From Calcarisporiella thermophila CBS 279.70 (lineage: Eukaryota; Fungi; Calcarisporiellomycota): 64,000 nt of DNA. The notes beneath the pieces are model-generated. The model was not told the DNA's origin and did no database searches. It worked only from the letters and a program-made list of their open reading frames with translations. The DNA lies in the NCBI RefSeq assembly GCF_041956535.1, contig NW_027192195.1, positions 35,731 through 99,730 of the forward strand, read 5' to 3'. The position numbers and the translations under genes were made by a program. This document shows positions 1-11,700 of the stretch, piece after piece (the first letter of the stretch is position 1; each line of letters opens with the position of its first letter).

Positions 1-98
1 AAGTAAGAACTGCTTTAGAGCTACAAAATATATTCAATAATATCAAAACATCATCTCCCTGTTTTACAAAGGGGGATTTAAATCAGCAGTGCATTCAA

Positions 99-347
99 TT
101 AAGATATGCCTATAACTCCGTTTGAGGGGAGATACATTTTCGGGTCACCCAGGAGAGCACTTATAAGATTTCGTAAGGTTCTGGAAAGATTTTGCGCTAA
201 GGATTCGTCTTGATATATCGGAAAATCTTGTTTGTTAGTAACTGAAAATCCACTTGGACCCAGCGGAGCGCCCTCAACTGTTACAAGACATAGGAAGCCA
301 GCGTAACCGATTAAAAATAGTAGTATAACCTGATGTTTGCCAATCAT
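99..347 (-). CDS. Small putative secreted protein (may be spliced and continue off the left edge)
   Basis: ATG followed by a hydrophobic signal-like stretch (VILLFLIGYAGFLCLVTVEG|AP). A possible GTATCT donor near 135 and TGTAG acceptor near 21 would extend it past the window start. Confidence 0.4.
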   Translation of the reverse strand: MIGKHQVILLFLIGYAGFLCLVTVEGAPLGPSGFSVTNKQDFPIYQDESLAQNLSRTLRNLISALLGDPKMYLPSNGVIGIS

Positions 348-1679
348 AGTATTTTCACAAGATCGATACCCGGGAGCGCTTTACAAGAGAGTGCAAAAAA
401 TTTACGATCAAAAAGAAAGATTTTTATATATTTATATGTGCGTGTATTCTACCCCTGCATTGAGGGAAAATGATTTGAGTTTTACACTTTGAAATTATTA
501 TGGAGAAGGCAATGATAGACCTTTCCAACAAAATCGTCACCTACAAAGGAAATTCCTGGAGAAAAAATTTTGAATGTATACCCTGGTGAAATATTATTTT
601 AATACCATTTACGGGTTTGATCTCGAACAAAATTATGCATGGGAATACTATAATAAAAGTTATAGCCTCATTAGCCGATTTAGTTTTTTTCAATTATCTT
701 AGCTAACCTAAGTGATTTCATACGCAATACTTTATTTATCAACATTAGCTGTTCTCTACATATTATCTTTTAACTTGAATGTCAGTTTTTTTTTCCTTTA
801 ATATCGATATGCTAGTGTTCAACAAGTAGTTAAGAATTAGAGTGTTTTCAAATCATGGATAATGCTAAACTCCAAGTAGCTATTTGAAACTGCATATGAC
901 TAAAAATATTAGTAATGTTAGTAAAGATTCAAAATTTCCGAGCTGCTAGGGTATGTACGAATAATTCTAAACTCACACGTTTTATCTATTACTAAAAAAT
1001 TCATTCATTAAGGTTGCGATCGGATTCCAAACTATTCAATCTGTTAAATTGTTTAGAGCAAGATAAAAATATTTTATTATATAGCCCGTAGTTGGAAAAT
1101 CCTCGTTTGCTCATAATATTTTTTAACTACTCCTATACTGTTTATATCAAATAACTTTGCACACTTAATTATCTTGATAGATATAAAAAAATACTCAGAA
1201 AAAATATCAGGAGGAGAAAAAAGCTAAGAAAATTCATGCATGGCGCTTATACCTTGGTTAAGGAATTGAGGTCAAACACGCCTTTATGATTATTAATCAA
1301 TTATAATTTCATATATACTTAATATAACTTGCAAAAATGAATTTGTATATACAAAGGTAATAGCTTAATACTTTCATAAAATTAATTTCCGATCCATATA
1401 TCCCTATGCTAACAAACGCTTGGTTAATTTATTCTAAAGTATTCCTACCTAAATAATAAGCAGAACATATAGCAAAGCATAGCTAAAATTTTTTGCCATA
1501 TATATTTTCTGTATATTAAATTTACTGCCTATTTGAAAATCTGAATTTGGGTCAAAGTATATTTAACTTTGAGACGAACAAGTATAGGTTTATTTCCTTT
1601 ATAAATAGGCAAATTTCAGGTTAGGTTAGCTTGAATAATACTAAGAATTACGTTGTAAATAATAAGCAGAAAAGAATGA

Positions 1680-1737
1680 TATGATTCGACTTTCCATTTC
1701 AACATCACATATAAATGAAATGGAAAGTCAAGTCATA
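1680..1737. repeat. Inverted repeat / hairpin (14-bp perfect core, ~22-bp imperfect stem)
   Basis: GACTTTCCATTTCA (1688-1701) pairs with TGAAATGGAAAGTC (1716-1729); flanks extend with two imperfections. Confidence 0.8.
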
Positions 1738-2106
1738 AACGGTATACGCTGTTCATTAACTTAGTGTGTTTACTAGAATATAAATTTAACCCTGGGGATT
1801 CCTTCAAATAGGGACATTTCCCCTTGGAGACGACAAAATAAAATTGATGAAGGGAATAAGCAATGCAGTTCTCTTAGATTCGAATCTCCAAGATGATGGC
1901 CTAAGTCACTCTTAAATTATATATTTATAGATTGGAATAATTCTCCATTAATGCTCATCCAAAATAACTATTAACAATCTTAAAATATTGAAAATTTTAA
2001 TAAAGCTGCTTTAGATATGGTGAACGAAAACCAATTGAAATAAAAAAAAAATGCTGCTGAATTACAATAATCTTCAGTGCGAAGGCAGTAACTATAGAGT
2101 ATGTAA

Positions 2107-2865
2107 CTAGATCCTGATAGTGTTGGAAAGCTTATACCGTAATTCCGAAATTACACTATTAGCCATTTCTAGATATTCCCCACTACGTGAAATATTAAAA
2201 TGGAAATATACACCTCCAAGTGCTAGAATCGAGGAAGAAGCAGCCAATACTGCAATTGAAGCAACAAGATTATAAGCCTCTCGATTAATTTTAAATTTTC
2301 CTCCTAGAATATTCCATGCCTTCCGAACACCGACTAATAAGTGGTACATCCCCGCGGCGGAAAAGGTGATATAGTAGGGAAAGAATATGTATGGAAGGTT
2401 TATTAAAGTATAGGCCGGAAACGTCTCGTCGATTCCCCCTGTCGGATTCATAGAAGACGAGGGTGATACATAGAACCAATTGGGAACAATGCGCGTTGCT
2501 AAATAGTGACCAGGAAGAAATACCAACACGTACCAACCGGTAAATTGATGCCAATTACGCCTTATAGAAGATGTGCGGGGTTTCTTTGCACTACTATCCG
2601 TGGAAGCATAGATTGTTTTTCTTCGTGAACGTAGGTAGTATTTTGCGATACCGGTGCCTATGTGTATAATTCCACTTGCGAGGATTACAATGGGCTCGAC
2701 CAAAGGATTTTGGTAATATCTGCGGAAGAGAAACATTCCTTGGTTTGCTTTCTCAATCCCGAAATGTGCTAATATATGTGTGCCTAAATGCAACCCAAGG
2801 AACGATCCAAAGGTCAGTCCACTTATAGCTTGAATTTTGCTAAGAGTTGGAATATAGTAAGCCAT
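2107..2865 (-). CDS. MCP1: Mitochondrial adapter Mcp1-like (DUF1691) multi-pass membrane protein
   Basis: Intronless 252 aa with several TM helices carrying His (LHLGTH, IIHI, RNWH, GH, YH) and an RRYYQNPLVEP motif typical of the Mcp1/DUF1691 family. Confidence 0.7.
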   Translation of the reverse strand: MAYYIPTLSKIQAISGLTFGSFLGLHLGTHILAHFGIEKANQGMFLFRRYYQNPLVEPIVILASGIIHIGTGIAKYYLRSRRKTIYASTDSSAKKPRTSSIRRNWHQFTGWYVLVFLPGHYLATRIVPNWFYVSPSSSMNPTGGIDETFPAYTLINLPYIFFPYYITFSAAGMYHLLVGVRKAWNILGGKFKINREAYNLVASIAVLAASSSILALGGVYFHFNISRSGEYLEMANSVISELRYKLSNTIRI

Positions 2866-3590
2866 TTTCTCAGTGATGGTGGAATGTATTTAGCAGACAG
2901 TGTTACAACCATTTTATATTGGGATTTATTGCAATTTATATTAGTCAAGAGAATTTATCCTTTTAAAATTTCATAGTTAAGTCATCTTGTGACTCATTCT
3001 TAAAATCGGGGGAATAAGCTCCCGGTTAACCATCTACTCCGGCGAATTACGGATAAGTTTTTCAATTTCTCGGATTGGATTTTTAGTTTCCCAACTAATA
3101 CTAAGTCAATTGTTTTACTCGTTCAGGTCCCTGTTGAGCACTAAGTGCATAACTATCCATTTTTTCATGAATTAAGAACGCGATATAAAATAACAAAAGA
3201 AAATGGCATACAATTTCAAGCTATCATTGCAATTACTATGTAGCGCGCAAAGCTACTCTAGGTAATACGTGAGAAAAGAAATAGGAAGATCGACGTCGCT
3301 GTGACTGAGCACTGAGGTTTCATCTGGTTATCAATTCTGATTATTCACTGAGATATTGGATGCTAAAAAAAAACGAATAGCTATATTTTGCCGTTGTGTG
3401 GATTTTGAGCACTTCTTTTTATAAAGATATTCATTATTTTGTATTTTATTAACTTATAGTTCGAACAACATCCTTTGGTTTTAAACACTGTATGTAACCT
3501 TTCCGATATGGGCGTGGGCGACCGGCGATTGGTTTAGAAGTTTCTGGAGTTCATAATATACGATATTTATTAACAGTGTGGTAACTTATC

Positions 3591-3608
3591 CTAAGCAGAT
3601 CTGCTTAG
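3591..3608. repeat. Perfect 18-bp palindrome CTAAGCAGATCTGCTTAG
   Basis: Self reverse-complementary; flanked by AACTTA direct repeats. Confidence 0.85.
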
Positions 3609-3617
3609 AACTTAGTG

Positions 3618-5241
3618 TTAGTGATCCGCGTATTTTTTAGCTTGCTGAATGGCAGCTCGGAAGTCTGCTGCGGTTAGTTTGTTAACTTTTAGCTTATAGG
3701 CCGCCCAATTACATTGGTCATTAACAACCATCAGATCGTTAGTATCCTGATTCTTAGCAAGCATTTTGACCAAACATTTCATAGAATTCCACACGCTGAA
3801 GAGAGCTACTTGGAAAGAAGTTTCTGATGGGCCACTCCTATTTCGAACCCGCTCGTCCTTGATAGTTTCAGGAATAATTTGTTGCAATCCCAAAGCAAGT
3901 AATTCAATGGGGCCTGGTATATTCGTCAACCGATATTTCGACTATGGCCCAACGATCTCAATACAAAAGCGTAGGATAATACAACTCGTAAAGCAGACAG
4001 TATTCATGTATTTTTCGAGGTTGTCATGCATCTCACGAATCCACGAGTCAGAGGGGGACTGACACTCATTGAAAATATTTAACAAGATCATAATAGACGC
4101 TGGGTGACCAAGAGATTCACGTTTGATGCTTGACTGTATTGAGTCGGGGACGCCGGGACGAAAACAATATTCCTTGTAGAGTCCGAAGAGCTTGCTCATC
4201 TTGTCAGTGGAAAAAATGGAGTTCTTTGAAATTGCGCTTTATTGAAAGGTGATTCGAGCTCATTGGATCCTGGCTGACTTAGATCAACTATCCTAAAGGT
4301 GCCAACCGCGATATAAAACATTTTTCGAAATTAAGACAGTGATTTGAAGAATAGCTTGGCCACCTCAAGAAGTGCGTTATCTTGGAAAATCGACTGGAAT
4401 TCGTCCAAAAGAATATAAAAGTCCCCTCTAATTGCACTAAGACGACTATATATTTCTCCTTCATCTAAATTTTCAGAGAAGATGCGTTGCGACATGAAAT
4501 ACTAAAAGCTTTTCTGAAGACCATAGCGCCTAATGTACCCTTGAATTGGCGGCATATCGAAATATGTATAGTTGACACGTTCTATCTCGAATATATCTTG
4601 GATTGCCAACAAAAGAGATGTTTTGCCGCTTTGGTATGGCCCATGTATTATGAAAGAAGCAGCTTTCAAAATCTTCTCGAGCAGACTGTTAAACCAATTT
4701 CGTTCGGAAGCATTAACCACCCTTTGTTCGGAATAACAGGGCCCAACGTTGGGATTAAAAAGCCTGTCTTATTACGGTATGACGGAAGTCTTGGGTTTAG
4801 CGCAGTAGGGCCTACTTCTGGGGGTGGACCCTCAACTGGGATAGGTACACTTGTCAATTCACTATACGCTATTTGAATTATACATAGAATAAATATTGTT
4901 TTTGTAAGAAATATGAAGTAAAATTGCATACCTGACAATTCAACTAACGCATGTATATGTCTCTGCCAAGGTTCTCCTGGAAAATATTCGTAGATATGGT
5001 ATTGTAATGAGAGCCACTGTTTGCTTAGATTTTCTATGTTGTCATGAAAGTTCTTGGGATCTTCGAAGGATAAATCGATCTTCCAGAGAATAATATCAGA
5101 AGGATCAATGCTTCCTAGTTTACGTGGATTATTCTCTATAATTTTGACCCTAAGGTCTTCGACCCCATCCGATCCATCTACCTCAAGTGAATAAGACTGA
5201 GAGAAGCTGCTCGCAAACTTGATCACGCAATAAAGCCGCAT
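3618..5241 (-). pseudogene. Crinkler (CRN)-type effector pseudogene: CRN N-terminal domain + P-loop NTPase + restriction-endonuclease-like domain
   Basis: CRN header (MRLYCV...IILWKI...HIHALV), 63-nt intron 4931-4869, Walker A GPYQSGKTS, Walker B ILLDEFQ, SPFN and GHPA motifs, C-terminal GPSExxFQ...DLMV...Y(K)LKV...QAxxY. Broken by a frameshift (~4780), in-frame TAG (4502-4504), TAA (4331-4333) and a further frame break near 3940-4000. Confidence 0.8.
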
Positions 5242-6452
5242 GTTATTTTTGTAACCAAGAGGTAAAAAGAGGATACGATGAAATTATCATGCTAAACTTG
5301 TACCTTTAAATTTGATGATGTACTCATTTCAGAAAATATTTTAGTATACATTCGGGTTGGAATATCTTCAATTGTGACAGCAGTAATAGACCCTATAAGA
5401 TTGTAATAACTATATTCTGAAGTCAAATTGCATCCCAAATTTATTCTGATGTACTTTAATACTTAGCACATTATGAGAAGATGCGTTAAATATAAGATCC
5501 TAGGGTGCGATTGTATAGAATTGCAAACAAACAAAATTATTTTCTGTTGAGGTAGAAAGATCTAATATTTTGAAGGTAAGGAAAACGTCAATTAATTACA
5601 AGTTTTCCTGGAATTTCAATGATTACCACTTACCAGCTTTAATTTCGCATAGTAAAATTTTAAAGTTTTATTTTCTCTTAAATATTTATAACTCGCGGAA
5701 ACTAATTGTTGGATTCAAACATCGATCCATCGCTGCAAGAATACGCAATAGCCTCAATAACATCGATTGTAAACTTACCGGTGGCACATAAATCCACTTC
5801 AACTATCACTCTATCTCCAATAAATTAAATATGCTATCAGGTATAAAGTCAGAAAACCACGTGATTGTGAAATAAAAAATTCCTCCCTTGTTCAACCTTT
5901 TCCCTTAAGACTCTTTACACAAACTCTGCACTCTCATTTACCAACTCAAGTTGATTTCGACCCAAGTTTGATAAGCTTAATTGTAATATTTACTAAGAAA
6001 TTGGCCCGACTATTTCTCTTACTCGATGTGTACTCTATTTTAATTTTTGCTATGATGCAGTCTGTTCTAGTAATCTTTGGGGGTTGAAATTGATGACATG
6101 CTAGCATAGAGTTCATTATTATATTCAAGTTCTACGCAATGCCGCTCCATCTCAACTCATTTCCATCCTTAGTTTTAATTCCTCGTTGTCAATGTACGAA
6201 AATTGAAGTTTCACACCGACTCTTCAATTCTGTATTCAAATCTGGAGTCTGTGGAAGTCACTCTAACACAATATTACTATCGCTCTGTAGCTATTCCTAT
6301 TTTATATTGGTAGCATATTTCAAGTTCAATACCTCGGCGTTCCAGTTTTTCATTAAACCTGGGTGGAATATATCCCTAAAAATATTGCAGGGATTACTTT
6401 AAAATATAATCTCACATCCGGCACTATGTCTCAAACACGCCTATTTCATATT

Positions 6453-6479
6453 ATGAAGAGAGATATTATCTCTCTTCAT
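6453..6479. repeat. 27-bp palindrome (13-bp arms, 1-nt centre)
   Basis: ATGAAGAGAGATA-T-TATCTCTCTTCAT. Confidence 0.85.
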
Positions 6480-7437
6480 TTCTAAAGCCTCAATTGTGGA
6501 ATTGAAATTTATTCAACAATCAAAATTATGCCATTTATATCCTGAAACGCCGATTCTTTAGCACCGAATGGGAAAATACAATGGGTATAATAAAGAAACA
6601 TCCACTGACTGGATAGCTTAAAGAAGAATGATAAATTACTGCACAAAGATTGAGTGGATTTTTTGAAATAGAAAGTACAATCATTGTTGATTCCGAAAAT
6701 TAAATTATTTCTCTTATTAAAATATTTCTGCAGACATAGATACTTGATGTAAATAATAATTTTATTGCCCGATATGCACTTGAAATGCCTTATAAAACGT
6801 TCTACTATTTTCTAGTTTGAAAGAAGGCATAATTTCCGACACTTACTGACAAGGCGTTACTGGTTTTGTAGGCTGAATTCTATCCCGCAGTCATATTCCT
6901 CTATAATTCTGATAGATTTTCCTTATTTTGAACAGAATAGCCGAGTTTATTCCTGGTTAAGGAGACAAGGGCTCCTCTTGCACATTGACTCGGACCTTTC
7001 ACTTTTAAATTAACAAATCAGCACAGTTACCAATTCATGGCTGGTCTTTGAACGAAGGTATATAGATCACACCCAGTAAATTTTGCAAAGGTGCCAGTTT
7101 CTTATGCGCCAATTCCTCTACAGTTTGGGTTCAGGGAATTTCTTAAGGAAATTAACATATAAAATATTCACAAATATGGATTCGAATTAAAATCAATTTA
7201 ACCTAACGATAAGTTAAGACAAAATTAACTGCCAAAAACTTGCATAAAATAAACATCCCTATTTGTTGGCCAACTGATGGTTGTCTTGATTTTAAAGATC
7301 TTGAAAGAAAAAGTTATAAAAGGGTCCGAAGTTTAGTCGAAAAACACTCAATTCACAAACTCATTTTACATTTAATCTCACTCCTTTCCCATTTTCTATA
7401 TTACACTCATTTAATATTCAAAGGAATTAAATCCAAG

Positions 7438-8297
7438 ATGAAAGTTTCTGCATTTTTCATTTCTACAACCATTATTCTTACGGCCGTGTCAAGTGCAGCG
7501 CCTGTCCATGAGAAGCGCGTTTGGCTCTTACATGAATTTCTGAACGGAGTATTCCCCAATTTACGTCTCCCGACTAATCCCGTTAACCCCCCTTTCAGAC
7601 CACTGTTCCCAGTACTAGTAATTTATCTACATTATATTGATGTTTGCCTTACTAGCTCCTGATTGCTTTATCAATTCTAAAGACTAGAGCACCTTCAACT
7701 CCTACATATTATCAAGTTACTGTTACAGAGACTCGTACGAGACGTCCTACTGATCTTAATGCCACTCTCACAGGCATTTCCAACCCCAATGGCACTCCAG
7801 CCAGCACCTCCAACCCTAATGGCACTCCTGTAATCACATCCAACTCTAATAACACTCCCTCTAACACCTCTAGCTCCGATGGTACTCCAGCCAGCACCTC
7901 CAACCCTAATGGCACTCCTGTAATCACATCCAACCCTAATAACATTCCCTCTAACACCTCTAACTCAAATGGTACTCCAGCCAGCACCTCCAACCCTAAT
8001 GGCACTCCTGTAATCACATCCAACCCTAATAACACTCCCTCTAACACCTCTAACCCAAATGGTACTCCAGCCAGCACCTCCAACCCTAATGGCACTCCTG
8101 TAATCACTTCCAACCCTAATGGCACTCCCACCAACTTCTCAAATGGACCTTCAACCACAAACCAGTCGGCTATTTATCCTACTGTGACCGTAACTGTAAC
8201 ATCAATTCAAACTACAACCAAATTTTTGGAAAAGCCAATGACTACAACGGTATATTCCTGCTTAAACAATAATGTAATTCAGAGAAAGACCAACTAA
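7438..8297 (+). CDS. Secreted Ser/Thr/Asn/Pro-rich tandem-repeat (mucin-like) protein
   Basis: Signal peptide MKVSAFFISTTIILTAVSSA, KR dibasic site, intron ~7613-7682, then an open exon with 12 x 10-aa repeats SNPNGTP(AST/VIT/SNT) to TAA at 8295-8297. Confidence 0.75.
7779..8138 (+). repeat. Coding minisatellite: 12 x 30 bp arranged as 4 x 90 bp higher-order units
   Basis: Units cycle ...PAST / ...PVIT / ...PSNT. Confidence 0.9.
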
Positions 8298-9041
8298 AAG
8301 TAAATTATATAATGTGCACGTGAATATTCTTATATTATTTTATATTTTCATTCAAATATTATTAAATAACTGTACTTTATTAATAATATAATAATATAAT
8401 TATATAATATGGTTGAAATGTTGAACTATATTACCCCAGATCACTAACAAACTATTACTCAAGTATGATGTCAAAAGACTTCACTCTAAATTCTATTTTT
8501 ATAACTTGTGCAGATGAAACGCATATTAATACTTATATTTGACATCTTGGAATGCAAAAATGAAATACTAAAGTGCTCTAGTTACTCAAGATTGCTGGAT
8601 GATGCTGATGATTTGCATAAATAAATTTGGCAGGTATGTTTTCTAGAGGACTAATTGGATACTACCACAATCTCGCTCAATAGAAGATAGCGGATTTATT
8701 ACTTTTCCCCACTTATTCCACCTTAATATATGTTCGACCTCGAGAATTTTGCCCAAGTAAAATAATCTAAGAGTTATGTAAGATCTAGCGTTAAAAAAAT
8801 CTCTTAGTTAACTTATATTTTATAAGTATATGGAATTATCAACCATGACTGAAATGGGGGCGTATATATAAATCAAAGTGCCACCGAATTTTGGATATAT
8901 ATTAGATGGCGATTAAGTATTTCAACTATTTTGATGATTGTAATGTGACTGCTCTAAAGCGCAGCGTCATCGTTTTTATATAGTCGTTAATGCTGATCAG
9001 TATCGGCAGTTTTGTCACAAACTAACATCCCTAGAGTAAAT

Positions 9042-10956
9042 ATGGAGGATGATGAGCTTGATGATTTCCTTTATGGTGAAAAGGATACAGGAATAAATAC
9101 TGAAGATCAGCTTGACGATAGCATTGTAAATCCACCCGATGATGTTCCGATCCTGGAAGAGGAACAAGATGAAAAAAACGTAGCCGAGGAGGAAGAGGAA
9201 GAGAGTGAATCGGTAAATCCTTTTATAATTTTAATTTATATAGTAATAATTAATTGATCCGATATGTTTTATATTGAATAGGATGTCGAGATTATCATTA
9301 ACAACGATGACGCGAAACCTACAGCCAAGTAGAGTATTGCAAAGATTATATTTCGTGTTCGAGACTCTTAACGTGTATTTTTTTTACACTCTGTTCTCAC
9401 ACAGAGGCTCTTTGATGAATATCCGTCCCAATCTATTTTCGCGGCCTCAGACGACGGAAGCGGCATCACCTAATGGACAAGAAGAAAATGCTCAAACAGT
9501 TCAAAAAAAGAGTGGAGGAATCGATCTCGAAACCCCTGGGACATGGAACGGTCAAAGTATACTGGAGGTTGATCCTGAATCATTTGAAGATAAACCTTGG
9601 AGAAAGCCCGGTAATGCCCCATTTAATGTTTTTATGAGCTTAGCATTTATTCAATCTAAACTGTAACCACAATATAGGTGCGGATATTAGTGACTATTTC
9701 AATTTTGGTTTCAATGAGGTGACATGGAGAATATACTGCCAGAAACAGAAGCAAATCCGGGAAGAGCGTGGCAACCAGCGAAAGATCAATGTAATATTTT
9801 TATCCATCAATTAAAATTTCATTGGATGCTTTACTAACATTTGAAATAGGTGTATGAATCGCAGCCTGACATACCGGATATGTTCGCAGAAATGCAAGCA
9901 ATACAACCCGTACCGATGGATTTTCCACCCACTGGGATGGGAAATGCGCCCCAAAGAGGCCGTGGTGGTTTTTCCCCGAGCCCAAACAGAGGTGGAGTTG
10001 CACCAGTACGGCGGGGCCGAGAACAGGGTGAAGGTGCGATCCAGGTGGTATCAAGTGAGCGAGAAGCAGCCCTCGAAGAAATTCATCCCCCGTAGGTTTA
10101 TTACTCATTAAGCTATAAAGATTCGTTGATTCATTTTCCCATTTTGATAGAATGCCAATCCGCGGCAACAATCCTATGGTGGAGCAATTTCCCATGGATG
10201 AGCGTGGATTTGGTTTTGGTAATTCGCATTGGTTTCTTTTGATATTCCTCAATCCTTACAATTTGTACACTCTTTAACACAGATGGTCCCCCAATGAATA
10301 TGGGCATGTTTCCACCTAATATGGCTCACCGTCTTGGTCCCCCTCCTCACTTCTTCATGGGAGGGCCTCCTGATATAGGCCGTCCGATGCACCCTCCTAT
10401 GGGATTTGATCCGGCTGGATTTCAGGGCCGCCCGCCGCCCCACCACATGCGCGGTGGACCTCCAATGCCTCCTCACATGATACAACCCCGTCCTGGCGGA
10501 GGAGGAGCCGGAGGACCAGGACCAGGACCAGGACCAGTCAATGTGGGAGGTCAACAACCCGGAGGCGGTGGGTGGCGGCCACCACCAGGGGCTAACGCAG
10601 GTGGAGGAGGAATACCTTATTCCCCAAACCAGGGGCCAGTACCTTCTCCTGGTGGGCCCCCTAGTCAACAACAACAGCAGCAGCAACACCAACAACACCA
10701 ACAACATCCTCCAATGCCTGCTAATTATAGAGGAGGCGAGCGTCCTGATCGAGGGGACCGAGAGAGAGACAGAGATAGAAACGAACGGGATAGAGATAGA
10801 GAGCGGGAGCGGGAAGAGAAGGAAAGAGACCGAGACCGAGATCGCAGAGATAGATCGATGGAGAGGGGATATGGTCGAGACTATGATCGTGATCGATCCA
10901 ACCGCAAGAGACCACATGCAGAAGACGAATACCAGCGGTCGAAACGAAGATATTAA
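9042..10956 (+). CDS. FIP1: Pre-mRNA 3'-end processing factor Fip1 (multi-exon)
   Basis: Acidic N-terminus ([12 protein letters not shown]), Fip1 motif [10 protein letters not shown]|[23 protein letters not shown] across an intron, Pro/Gly-rich region and RD/RE-rich C-terminus. Confidence 0.93.
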
Positions 10957-11700
10957 AAGGGAGGACACTTGAGTTAATTATCTTGAATGAAACCTAGGTT
11001 CTAGTGGGATTCCTTTTATTGAGTAACGTGTACATATTTGCAATAAAGCTCTGCATGCGACCAGCTCATTTCTTCATTGCAAAATCGAGGATCTGCCATA
11101 CGTTCCGGGTGATATACTCCTATTTATACCTAATTTAATAGTGGTATTTGCAAACTCCCATGTGGAGAATGGTGTTTAGTGTACATTGTATGAGATTAGG
11201 TCTACATACAAAAAGTTAAACGTTCAAAGGAAATAAAAGTTACTTGGCCTAATGTTTTTCAACACTACAGTACATTCTGATCAGCGTTTGCCCCCCGCAT
11301 CTCTTCCCACGGATTTTCCGTGACGGCTAGTTCGGCTTAACAGATGCATTTTGTTAGTTGCCACCTTCCCAAAAATAATAAAAAATTTTTGTGGCACTTG
11401 TCTGTGACATCTTTTGAAAAACCTGTCATGACACCAAAAAGAAAAGAATATAGAGTTTTCGAATAGAGATATATATTTATCGCTGAGTTTAGTTAATATA
11501 GAAAAGAAGAAGATAAACTCTGCTAAAAAAAAAAATTTATATATATAAGAGGAAGAAGAGAGGTCCCCCTAAAACTATTACACATTCAAGAGAAAGAGAT
11601 GAATAAAAACGAAAGTTCTAATAAAATAAAAGGAAGGAGAAACGAGTTATATATGTTAATATAAAAATATAATATGTCCAAATATATAACACACTAATGT

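Noticed and set aside
5570-6420. Short ORFs suggesting another decayed gene upstream of the CRN locus
   Set aside because: No recognisable motifs in the frames examined.
7712-8158. 148-aa minus-strand ORF of GVPLGLEV repeats
   Set aside because: Antisense shadow of the plus-strand secreted repeat protein.
10735-10900. GA-rich repeats that look like a microsatellite
   Set aside because: They encode the ordinary RD/RE tail of Fip1.
11308-11331. CACGGA-TTT-TCCGTG hairpin followed by CTAGT (Helitron 3'-end-like)
   Set aside because: Stem only 6 bp, spacing short, and no matching 5' end or second copy seen.
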